DNA of 64,000 nucleotides. Origin: Chamaesiphon sp. (GTDB lineage: Bacteria > Cyanobacteriota > Cyanobacteriia > Cyanobacteriales > Chamaesiphonaceae). Position 1 is the stretch's first letter. Each line of letters begins with the position of its first letter. The stretch covers positions 54,227 to 118,226 of the forward strand of contig CBDFFH010000046.1 of NCBI GenBank assembly GCA_965246715.1. The letters are read 5' to 3'. The position numbers and the translations under genes were made by a program. The notes beneath the pieces were generated by a model, which was not told the DNA's origin, did not search any database, and worked only from the letters and a program-made list of their open reading frames with translations. Of the stretch, positions 1 to 8,204 are shown in pieces.

Positions 1-816
1 CTTACCCGCTATCACATGTTCGAGCGGCCCGCCTTGGGTACCGGGGAATACCGCCTTATCAAACTTCTTACCCCACTCAGCATCGCGAGTCATAATCAGT
101 CCGCCGCGAGGCCCTCTGAGTGTCTTGTGGGTGGTAGTAGTTACCACGTCGCAATAAGGGATCGGATTGGGATGGTGTCCGGTGGCAACCAATCCAGCAA
201 TGTGGGCGATATCTGCCATCAGTAACGCACCGACTTCATCCGCAATCTCACGGAATTTAGCAAAGTCGATGATGCGGGGATAGGCAGAGTAACCACAAAT
301 CAATAATTTAGGGCGGTGTTGTTTGGCTAAATCCCGAATCTGGTCGTAGTCTAGCTGCTCGGTTGCTTTACTTACGCCATAGTTGGAAACTTCAAACCAT
401 TTTCCCGATACATTAACTGGAGAACCGTGGGTGAGATGTCCGCCATGGGATAAATCCATCCCCATGATTTTGTCACCTGGATTGAGGAGGGTGAGGAAGA
501 CAGCAAAATTTGCTTGTGCGCCGGAGTGAGGTTGGACGTTAGCCGCCGCAGCACCGAATAACTGCTTGACTCGATCGATCGCGATTTGCTCGATCTCATC
601 GACAAATTCACAACCACCATAGTAACGCTTGGTGGGCAAACCTTCGGCATATTTATTGGTCAACACCGAACCCTGTGCTGCCATCACCGCAGCAGAGGTG
701 AAGTTCTCACTAGCAATCAGCTCGAGATGACCCCGCTGACGACTTAGCTCCGAACCGATTAAATTTGCGACCGCTGGATCTGTCTCTGCTAAAAATTCTA
801 AGTTAGTTTTTGCCAT
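1..816 (-). CDS. glyA: Serine hydroxymethyltransferase, 5' part (runs off the window edge; absent from the ORF track)
   Basis: Manual translation from ATG at 816: [14 protein letters not shown]...[11 protein letters not shown]...NKYAEG...YYGGCE...[11 protein letters not shown]...GGHLTHG...[14 protein letters not shown] (PLP lysine motif). Confidence 0.97.
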   Translation of the reverse strand, partial: MAKTNLEFLAETDPAVANLIGSELSRQRGHLELIASENFTSAAVMAAQGSVLTNKYAEGLPTKRYYGGCEFVDEIEQIAIDRVKQLFGAAAANVQPHSGAQANFAVFLTLLNPGDKIMGMDLSHGGHLTHGSPVNVSGKWFEVSNYGVSKATEQLDYDQIRDLAKQHRPKLLICGYSAYPRIIDFAKFREIADEVGALLMADIAHIAGLVATGHHPNPIPYCDVVTTTTHKTLRGPRGGLIMTRDAEWGKKFDKAVFPGTQGGPLEHVIAGK

Positions 817-1290
817 TGTCTAGTCTATTTAGAAGTTAGGTTGGGGTGTGGGGAGGGTGGTGTGGCAAGGGTGTGGAGGTCGGGAAATTGTGGTATTGGT
901 GGAAAGTTTAACTGTTGTTTTCAGAAGGGGAGGACGATCTCGGACAATTAAAATCTTTTTTTCACTCAGCGCTGTTCCGACTCTTCTCACCCTCCCCGAT
1001 CTCCCGATTTCCACTGACTGTCGCCATGCAACTTGCGTTATCTATCATAACTGGTGGATCTCCGGATCGGGGACTCGCAAAAAATATCGGCCCGATCTTC
1101 ATTCGGTTCGATGCTACACTATTCCGATCTTGCGGGCACACTTATACTAAATATAGTAACAATCTACGCAATGTCGATCGAATCTAGTGTAGAGCTGTTG
1201 GTTAAGATCGATATCTAAGTTTATGAATTTTCTCGGACAACGCTGCGGATAAACGCTCGTGAGTCCCTGACCCAATGCTGGGGGTGGTGT

Positions 1291-1497
1291 ATGTTAGTAG
1301 TCATCATTAACGATCGAATTTTTCCGCCACATCAAGTCTGTCAAGCTTGTCTCCTCGCCGATCGCGATGGTCAACCACGCTGGCGACAGGGTAAACTCTG
1401 TTGTGGGATGTTAGTCCGCTCGATCGACTGTTGTAGCGAACCTCAACCCGATGCTTATCAGTGTCAGATGGGGTTTAGGTTGATGGAGGTGGAGTAG
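1291..1497 (+). CDS. Small Cys-containing hypothetical protein (probably conserved in cyanobacteria)
   Basis: ATG-started 68 aa ORF with CxxC...CC...YxCxMGF pattern, convergent with ntcA. Confidence 0.6.
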   Translation: MLVVIINDRIFPPHQVCQACLLADRDGQPRWRQGKLCCGMLVRSIDCCSEPQPDAYQCQMGFRLMEVE

Positions 1498-1656
1498 TGA
1501 ATAGTGAATAGTGAATAGTGAACAGTGAATTTATAATTATGGTTCGCGATTGGGTGAGAGTATCAATTGAGACAGACGAGCCATAGTATGAAAGGCATGC
1601 AATTAAGTCGCCTGTACCGACTAATTGCGTGCCTTTCACTATTCACTGTTCACTAA
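1495..1656. repeat. Heptamer tandem repeats (STRR-like): (TAGTGAA)x5 and a reverse-complement run TTCACTA/TTCACTG
   Basis: 1495-1529 tagtgaa-type units; ~1636-1656 ttcactattcactgttcacta; lies between convergent genes. Confidence 0.75.
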
Positions 1657-2330
1657 TTAAACTGCTGACTCAATGCCACTGGATTGTGAACGGTGATTTT
1701 TTTCTTTTGGATGGAGATGACTTGATTGTCGCCATCGCGCAAATCGCCAAGCAGACGGGTGACGGTGACGCGGGTAGAACCGATCGCTTCAGCGATCGCT
1801 TGATGCGATAATTTAAGATCGATCGTGATGCCATTGCCGTTAGGTACGCCAAAATCGCGACAGAGGATCAGCAGGAAACTCGCCAACCGCGAACCCATAT
1901 CGCGATGCGCGAGGGTTTCGATCATCATTTCAGTTTGCAGAATCCGAGAAGATAGACCCCTGAGCATAATCCAGGATAGCTCGGGATTTTCTCTCAGAGC
2001 CTTCTCAAATTGCTCGATCGATACAGATAATAACTCAACAGTAGTAAATGCCACCGCATGATAAAATCTGTCAGATTTATTCCCCGTAATCAGCGACAGC
2101 ACCCCAAAAACACTGTTTTCTCGCAATAGTGCTACCGTAATCTCTTCTCCTGCCTCATACACGCGAGACAATTTCACCGCACCTTTTGTGAGAAAGTAGA
2201 CCCGTTCGGCAGGATCGCCAGGAAAGAAAATAGTCTTATTGCGCTCGAATGTCTCTATTACTGGTGGAAATACGCCTCCAGCCATTTGCTGAAAGATACT
2301 AGCGATTGGTTTATCTTGCATCACGACCAT
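1653..2330 (-). CDS. ntcA: Global nitrogen regulator NtcA (Crp/Fnr family)
   Basis: [45 protein letters not shown] and [27 protein letters not shown]. Confidence 0.98.
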   Translation of the reverse strand: MVVMQDKPIASIFQQMAGGVFPPVIETFERNKTIFFPGDPAERVYFLTKGAVKLSRVYEAGEEITVALLRENSVFGVLSLITGNKSDRFYHAVAFTTVELLSVSIEQFEKALRENPELSWIMLRGLSSRILQTEMMIETLAHRDMGSRLASFLLILCRDFGVPNGNGITIDLKLSHQAIAEAIGSTRVTVTRLLGDLRDGDNQVISIQKKKITVHNPVALSQQFN

Positions 2331-2432
2331 ATCTATACGCTCTCACTTGGAATATCTAGAATCTCAACCCGATCTCGCCCAAGCTCGTTAGTGCGGTGGC
2401 ACGAGTTAGCACTGCGGCACTAAAATGTATCG

Positions 2433-2486
2433 GTATTACACAATACTTAATCTGACTTGCCCTTAGTTTTTTGTATCACAGCATAC
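2433..2486. promoter_or_regulatory. Two NtcA boxes (GTA-N8-TAC) upstream of ntcA, probable autoregulation
   Basis: GTAttacacaaTAC at 2433-2446 and GTAtcacagcaTAC at 2473-2486, 40 bp apart, in the ntcA/fabI divergent intergenic region. Confidence 0.8.
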
Positions 2487-2604
2487 CAAGTAAATTATGA
2501 GTTATGAGTTGTGAATTATGAATTATGGTTGTCTTCGCCTCTATTCGCCGACTTCCGATCGCTGATATCATGAGGCTTATGAGTCAAGCTGGAATAAGAT
2601 TATC

Positions 2605-3381
2605 GTGTTGAATTTAAGCGGAAAAAACGCCTTAGTAACTGGAATTGCTAACAATAAATCGATCGCCTGGGGCATCGCGCAACAACTTCACGCTGCTGGT
2701 GCGAATATCGGGATTACCTATCTCCCTGACGAGAAAGGGAAAATGGAGCGCAAAGTCAGCGAGCTAGTCGAACCATTGAACCCCAGTATTTATTTACCCC
2801 TCAATGTTGCCGATGACGCGCAAATCGATGCCGCATTTGCCGAAATTGCGACCAAATGGGAGCAGATCGATATTCTGATCCACTGTATGGCGTTTGCGAA
2901 TAGAGAAGATCTCTCTGGGAATTTTAGTAAAACTTCCCGTGCTGGTTTCGTTCAAGCGATGGATATCAGTACCTACTCGCTGACGCGGCTGGCTGGTGCG
3001 GCAAAACCGCTGATGACAGCAGGCGGAAGTATTATCACATTGACCTATCTCGGTGGTGTAAAAGTAATACCTAACTATAACGTGATGGGTATTGCCAAAG
3101 CCGGACTAGAGATGAGCGTCCGCTACTTAGCCGCAGAACTCGGCCCACAAAATATCCGCGTTAATGGCATTTCTGCTGGCCCGATTCGGACATTGGCCTC
3201 TTCAGCTGTCGGTGGGATTTTGGATATGATTCACCACGTCGAAGCGGTGGCTCCACTGCGACGCACAGTGACCCAAACTGAAGTCGGCAATACGGCGGCT
3301 TTTTTGTGTAGCGATCTTTCGAGTGGCATTACTGGGCAAATTATCTATGTAGATGCTGGTTATGAAACGATCGGGATGTAA
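2605..3381 (+). CDS. fabI: Enoyl-ACP reductase FabI
   Basis: ALVTGIANNKSIAWGIA, YNVMGIAKAGLE, ISAGPIRTLASS. Confidence 0.97.
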   Translation: MLNLSGKNALVTGIANNKSIAWGIAQQLHAAGANIGITYLPDEKGKMERKVSELVEPLNPSIYLPLNVADDAQIDAAFAEIATKWEQIDILIHCMAFANREDLSGNFSKTSRAGFVQAMDISTYSLTRLAGAAKPLMTAGGSIITLTYLGGVKVIPNYNVMGIAKAGLEMSVRYLAAELGPQNIRVNGISAGPIRTLASSAVGGILDMIHHVEAVAPLRRTVTQTEVGNTAAFLCSDLSSGITGQIIYVDAGYETIGM

Positions 3382-3416
3382 ATAAACCCAAAATCCACTC
3401 CCTCAGTAGAAACACC

Positions 3417-3439
3417 AAAACCCCGCTATAGGCGGGGTT
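3417..3439 (-). terminator. Hairpin terminator downstream of the displaced tRNA-Cys 3' half; may also serve fabI
   Basis: aaccccgc-tatag-gcggggtt stem with an adjacent A-run (U-run on minus strand). Confidence 0.6.
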
Positions 3440-3448
3440 CTCGACTGA

Positions 3449-3494
3449 AGGCAGCACCCAGATTCGAACTGGGGGATAGAGGTTTTGCAGACCT
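3449..3494 (-). repeat. att site: duplicated 3' half of tRNA-Cys (left boundary of integrated element)
   Basis: 46 bp matching 16659-16704 with 2 mismatches; includes anticodon loop, T arm and acceptor 3' strand. Confidence 0.95.
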
Positions 3495-3684
3495 ATAAGA
3501 AATGGTTCTGTGAGGGCATTACAGATATTTGAAATCAATGCTACCCCAAACTTACCCCAATCCTGGAAAGTATTACAAATATTGGTGCTAAAAAATTGTT
3601 CTTGTCTGATGACCAAGATGTTATCCTCGAAGTAGTTATGAATTGGTTTCGATCGCGCTGTTGCAAGCAGTCTTTCGATCGATC

Positions 3685-3712
3685 TAGCCCTCGCCTTCAC
3701 TGGTGGGGGCTA
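3685..3712. terminator. Hairpin downstream of the TerS-like pair
   Basis: tagccctcgcc-ttcact-ggtgggggcta. Confidence 0.4.
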
Positions 3713-3807
3713 TTTCGATTATATGGGTAAAAGGGGTTTTATCAGGGTTGATAGGGCTTTTAAGGGGCAAAGGGCAGATAATTAGACCTCCAGATAGTTC
3801 CCTTTGA

Positions 3808-4356
3808 CTAGCTCTCAGCATCCCTCAGCTTCTCTATCAATTGACGAATTAACAGACCATCCGCTGCTAAATCCGAACCGGATGCCCCTAATGCCCCGAT
3901 CGCCTTAATCGAGTTGGGGATTGCCAAGAATAGATCGATGTCCTTTGAATCTAAGACTTCCTTGTCCTCCAAAGTCTTGGTAATTTTCTCCCCGATCGAC
4001 AGTAATCTCAAACCCATCTTGAATAGACCGAACCCGATCGTTTCATTGTTCTGGCGAAACTGTTCGAGTTGGCGATCGTGTTCCTCAAGGTTCGATCGTC
4101 TTACTCGATCTCGTAAGATTGATTCTTCATCCCGATCGAAGTCCTTACAGCGATCGACCCACCGCCAAGTCTTAGACCACCGCTCGATCCGTGCGATGTT
4201 TGGATGGGTCGGGTAATTGTCGGGGGATTGTCGGGGATAAAACTTATTAGCTGTTTTTTCGAGCGATCGAGCTGCGCCCATATCTCGATATATGGTAAAT
4301 GCAGCATAGGCTTTAGAGGTTTCCCCATCAGATCGATCGTAACTTTTCTGTGTCAT
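3808..4356 (-). CDS. Putative terminase small subunit-like HTH protein, paralogue 1
   Basis: YDRSDGETSKAYAAFTIYRDMG..RSL...IERWSKTWRWVDRCKDFD resembles phage proteins I recall directly upstream of large terminases; helical C-terminus. Function is inferred. Confidence 0.55.
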   Translation of the reverse strand: MTQKSYDRSDGETSKAYAAFTIYRDMGAARSLEKTANKFYPRQSPDNYPTHPNIARIERWSKTWRWVDRCKDFDRDEESILRDRVRRSNLEEHDRQLEQFRQNNETIGFGLFKMGLRLLSIGEKITKTLEDKEVLDSKDIDLFLAIPNSIKAIGALGASGSDLAADGLLIRQLIEKLRDAES

Positions 4357-4934
4357 ATTCTTCCGCTCCGAGCTTCGATTTCACCCTCAATAGTCCCCAA
4401 CATTTCCCCGACCACTAATCCCCGTGCGGCAATGTCGGCACCCGAAACCGCCATCGCCATCAGATTTTTAGCAGCTACTTGAGCCTGACAGAACATCTCC
4501 CACTCCTTAGGGTTTATAGACTGGTTGCTAATCATCTTCTGTCGGATGGGTTCGATCGCTTGAGAAATAGATTCGATCGACTCGATGGCAAATGCTAGAC
4601 CCGCCATCCCGATCGCCTTCTGTTGTAGATGATAAACCTCCAGATCCTGAATGTATGCTGTTTTCTCATGCTCCGATCTAAACTGTCTCATCTCCTGTTC
4701 TCGATCGTGGTCAAAGTCCTTACAGCGAACGACCCAATCATACTTCGATGACCACTCTTCAATATGCCGCATCCCTTTCGCGCGACGGACATTCGACGGA
4801 CATTCGGCGGAATAATATTTTTCAGTAGTAGCCTTTAGAGTTCGCCCGACACCCATATCCCGATAGATGGTAAATGCGGCGTAAGCTTTGGAGGTTTCCC
4901 CGTCGGATCGATCGTAACTTTTCATGTGCATCAA
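4353..4934 (-). CDS. Putative terminase small subunit-like HTH protein, paralogue 2
   Basis: Shares 24 identical residues (KSYDRSDGETSKAYAAFTIYRDMG) with paralogue 1; ATGA overlap with it. Confidence 0.55.
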   Translation of the reverse strand: MMHMKSYDRSDGETSKAYAAFTIYRDMGVGRTLKATTEKYYSAECPSNVRRAKGMRHIEEWSSKYDWVVRCKDFDHDREQEMRQFRSEHEKTAYIQDLEVYHLQQKAIGMAGLAFAIESIESISQAIEPIRQKMISNQSINPKEWEMFCQAQVAAKNLMAMAVSGADIAARGLVVGEMLGTIEGEIEARSGRI

Positions 4935-5452
4935 ATGTACATCAACTGTACGGTAGGTAGAAAAAACTGGATGCTTTCTGGATGCTTTCTGGACGGGTTA
5001 AAAAGATCCGGCAGTTTTTTTCGGGTTCACGGTGTGAATCAGCGGGTAATTAGCGGGTTTTAAAATATTAGACACAGGATTGACACAGGAAAGGCACAGG
5101 ATTTTGCCCGCGCTTGTTCCTGACAATCGGCGGCGGTACGGGTTTTTTCTTCTTGGGTGGTGGAGGTGGGGTGTAGGTTCTAAATTATTCATATCCACTC
5201 ACTTCCTGGCAAAATTCTTATTTCCAGTAAACTCCCAGCCAGTAATACCCCTTTCTGACGCTCGATCGAGCGCGATGTCAGCGTTAGCTCTAGTTTTCTC
5301 CTTGCTATTCGGCGGCGTTAGCTCGACCAGTTCATGAAAATCAACCCAAGACATCGTTTCTCGTATTTCGCCCTCTTTTGTAGGTCGATTGCGGGTCGAT
5401 TGTGGGTCAGACTTTTTAAGTTTGGAAGCGATTGAGTCAGTAGCAGTAGTTA

Positions 5453-5974
5453 CTACCCGATCGCTAATGGCTTTTTTAATTGAGCCACCTCAGTCTCTAT
5501 AGGTTCTAAGGCTATCTCTATAGATTCGTTAACTAATTTCTGTACCTCATGAATGCCGATCAAGGTGGTGCCCAATTTTTCTAGATGCTTATCTATAGCT
5601 CCTATCGCCATACATTCCACCGTCTCGATCGGTAAATACCCGGACACATCAGCCGCTTGGGTTCGTTGCATAGACGGGAAACCCGTCCGCACGAACTCCG
5701 CAATCTGTTTCTCGATCGAGACTCGCACCATCTCATCTATAGATTCTACCGATAATCCTCTAGACACCTCACCAGGTATAGATGGTCTAGGCGTTTCCTC
5801 TATATATATATAGCCTCTATAGATATCCATCGAGTCAGCCGCCAACATTCGATCGATACAGTCGTTCAAAATCCAGCCCATCGACTGTTTATATCGTCTG
5901 GCTAGTTCTGCGAACTTTTCCTTTTTATCCTCATCCACCAGCACGGACAGGATCGGCTTAGTATTTTTCCCCAT
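5453..5974 (-). CDS. Ribbon-helix-helix (CopG-like) regulator; probable -1 frameshift extension to 5199
   Basis: MGKNTKPILSVLVDEDKKEKFAELARRYKQSMGWILNDCIDRML has a beta-alpha-alpha pattern; ATG at 5974 preferred to TTG at 6037. Confidence 0.7.
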   Translation of the reverse strand: MGKNTKPILSVLVDEDKKEKFAELARRYKQSMGWILNDCIDRMLAADSMDIYRGYIYIEETPRPSIPGEVSRGLSVESIDEMVRVSIEKQIAEFVRTGFPSMQRTQAADVSGYLPIETVECMAIGAIDKHLEKLGTTLIGIHEVQKLVNESIEIALEPIETEVAQLKKPLAIG

Positions 5975-6100
5975 CACACAACTCCTATATATATCCTCTG
6001 TTTTAACACATAATATATAGAGGATATCATTAGACAAGCAAATCCTACATAGCTTCTCGATAGAATAAACTATTTATATGCCATTCCTATATATAGTCTA

Positions 6101-6129
6101 TTGACATGCAGGATATATAGAGGTATTAT
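6101..6129 (+). promoter_or_regulatory. Near-consensus sigma70 promoter for the 6280/6779 genes
   Basis: TTGACA (6101-6106), 17 bp spacer, TATTAT (6124-6129). Confidence 0.8.
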
Positions 6130-6279
6130 GTAGGTAAGGGAATGAGGGCAGCGACCCGACCACCCGCAACGGCTCAAAATCGCACCAACCGATATACATG
6201 ACAAAGCGATCGAGTTCCCGCGAAGAAATAACGATCGCCTGTCACACCCAAAACCAATAAGTAAATAGGTTCTTCAATT

Positions 6280-6717
6280 ATGAAACTGTTAGAAGCTCGT
6301 GTAAATGGCAATCCCCGCCAAGTCTCCACCAAGTACGGAGAGAAAGCGGTTCTGGATGTCTCGACCCGTGAAGGAGAGTTCACCATCTGGCGACCCGCTG
6401 GGGACTCTGAGGTGATGGGTCGGATGAATGGAGAACGGGTCAGCATCGCGATCGATAGCAAGGGGAAAGCCTCATTGGTCGAACACGCCAGCACTAAGCC
6501 CCAACAGGCGCAGATGGGATTCACCGCGCCTGTAGAGACACCCGAAACCACCCGTTCGGCTGAGATAGCTGACTACATCCAACGGTTAGGCAAGCTTTAC
6601 TCGCACTGTCTCAGCACCGCTGCAAATATGCCTACATCAGTCGATCTCAACGCGCCGCAGGTGAAGGATATCGCCACTACTCTATTCATCCAAACTACCA
6701 AACACTTTAATCTCTAA
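6280..6717 (+). CDS. Hypothetical protein (beta-rich, possibly OB-fold N-terminus; helical C-terminus)
   Basis: ATG ORF downstream of a strong promoter and followed by a hairpin; fold is a guess. Confidence 0.7.
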   Translation: MKLLEARVNGNPRQVSTKYGEKAVLDVSTREGEFTIWRPAGDSEVMGRMNGERVSIAIDSKGKASLVEHASTKPQQAQMGFTAPVETPETTRSAEIADYIQRLGKLYSHCLSTAANMPTSVDLNAPQVKDIATTLFIQTTKHFNL

Positions 6718-6722
6718 CCTGC

Positions 6723-6747
6723 TTGGGGTGGGACTTACCCACCCCAA
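6723..6747 (+). terminator. GC-rich hairpin (terminator or attenuator)
   Basis: ttggggtgg-gacttac-ccaccccaa. Confidence 0.5.
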
Positions 6748-6778
6748 TTACCATTAATTAAAACTAGGAATTAACAGC

Positions 6779-6991
6779 ATGATTGACATCGATATGCTCT
6801 ATCAAGAATTAGAAAGACTCCACAATTTATCTGAAACTTTAATGCGGTCGATCGAGTACCGAGATATGGAGGAGGCAAACCAGCCGGATTTAGCTTTGGT
6901 CAGATATCTAACCGAATCGCTAGCATCTATAGCCCATCGGGTAGCCGCTCAACAAGAAATACCCGCGATCGTTCCTGATTCGGAGGGATAA
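6779..6991 (+). CDS. Small helical hypothetical protein
   Basis: ATG with AGGA upstream; amphipathic helical sequence. Confidence 0.65.
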   Translation: MIDIDMLYQELERLHNLSETLMRSIEYRDMEEANQPDLALVRYLTESLASIAHRVAAQQEIPAIVPDSEG

Positions 6992-7144
6992 GCCTTTTTC
7001 TCGACCAGAAACACCGAAACTATAACTTATGCTATGGTCTCTGTGTTTCTGTATATCCGCAAACGGTAATTTCTGTACAGAATCAGAAGGGCGGAGTTGA
7101 TAACACACCAATAGAGATTCACTTTCGGTGATAGGTAAACTGAA

Positions 7145-7801
7145 TCACAGTCTTATTCCCAGCGCACGATAATATTTTTCGGTTGCTTCCGTACACGATT
7201 GTGCGGCTGCGGCTGAGAATGTCCCAGATGCAACTAATTCACTATCGGTTTTGCAACGGCTAGACATTTCATTTTTCAAAGAAATCTTGTTAATTTGGAT
7301 GCCAGCTAAACAGATCGCCACAATCGCTAAAACTCCAATCGTTGAGTTACGATCTAATTTGGTGCCAAAAAGCCGTTGGATATCCTTAAGTGAGCCAGTT
7401 GTATTTTTAATCTTGTGCTGAAATTCTTTTTCTGACATCAAATGCCACTGAATTCCTAAGATGATGCCAACTAAAAAAGGAATATAAGTCCAGCAAAACA
7501 GAATTGAAAATATCCCCCAACCCCACAGATCTAGATAGAAAAACTGGATTCCAAATACACCTAGAAAGAAAGCTAGTAGCGAAGCTGTATTTTTAGACTT
7601 GGCAGAACTTGGGATTGCATTAGGATCTGCGAAAATTTTAATCGCTCGGTCGTTTTCGATTCCAAAGTCCACCTTAATGCCCTGAGCTGGGGATTCTGAC
7701 AATCCCCAAGCCTCCCCAGTAAATTCGTAGCGGTTGCCATCATCTCCAGAGATAAAGCCTTTATTCTCTTGGATCGAAAAGTGTAGAACGGTACCTCTCA
7801 T
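7145..7801 (-). CDS. Cold-shock-like domain plus TM2 (NINE) membrane protein
   Basis: MRGTVLHFSIQENKGFISGDDGNRYEF (CSD-like); KSKNTASLLAFFLGVFGIQFFYL (TM2 motif). Confidence 0.8.
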   Translation of the reverse strand: MRGTVLHFSIQENKGFISGDDGNRYEFTGEAWGLSESPAQGIKVDFGIENDRAIKIFADPNAIPSSAKSKNTASLLAFFLGVFGIQFFYLDLWGWGIFSILFCWTYIPFLVGIILGIQWHLMSEKEFQHKIKNTTGSLKDIQRLFGTKLDRNSTIGVLAIVAICLAGIQINKISLKNEMSSRCKTDSELVASGTFSAAAAQSCTEATEKYYRALGIRL

Positions 7802-7919
7802 GGTTTTGTCCAGTAATTTGGTAGTGCGATAGTTACACTAATTATTCCCGTAGGTGCAAGAATAATTAAATAGAACAGTTTTCCATGTAAATTACATGGA
7901 AAAACTAACCATAGCCAAA

Positions 7920-8204
7920 TTACCCAGATGGCTTCAGCTTCTCGATCGCATCTGCTAATCCTCCCCCCTCCCTCAATATCCGATCGATCGATTCAACCTT
8001 ATTCCGAGGAACCGAGCGACACTGAGTGCGCCACTTCCCATCGATTTTTACCTTCCAAGTAAGCTGGTAGTTCCAGTGGTTGATATTGTCCCTGTCACGC
8101 GCCCCGATAACTTTGGGGTATTCCACAATCTCGCCATTTTCCCCCGCGACCTTTTTGACATACTGATGAAGCGAACCCGACTGCTGACTCTTGGCTAACT
8201 TCAC
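7920..8204 (-). CDS. Small basic hypothetical protein coupled to the helicase
   Basis: GTG start overlaps the helicase TGA (GTGA at 8201-8204); WNYQLTWKVKIDGKWRTQCRSVP. Confidence 0.6.
   Translation of the reverse strand: MKLAKSQQSGSLHQYVKKVAGENGEIVEYPKVIGARDRDNINHWNYQLTWKVKIDGKWRTQCRSVPRNKVESIDRILREGGGLADAIEKLKPSG

Noticed and set aside
16..650. ORFs 16..225 (+) and 372..650 (-)
   Set aside because: Shadow frames of glyA, which the track missed because it runs off the window edge
3449..3494. Second tRNA-Cys gene
   Set aside because: Lacks the 5' acceptor strand and D arm; it is the att duplication
4280..4922. Diversity-generating retroelement TR/VR pair
   Set aside because: Differences are synonymous and not adenine-specific; no reverse transcriptase present
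4998..5198. 66-aa ORF as a real gene
   Set aside because: Made up largely of the 11-bp repeat tract with no recognisable motif; cannot be supported, though not excluded
4208..5410. CRISPR array
   Set aside because: Repeats are 11-bp tandem units with differing cores and no unique spacers; no cas genes in the window
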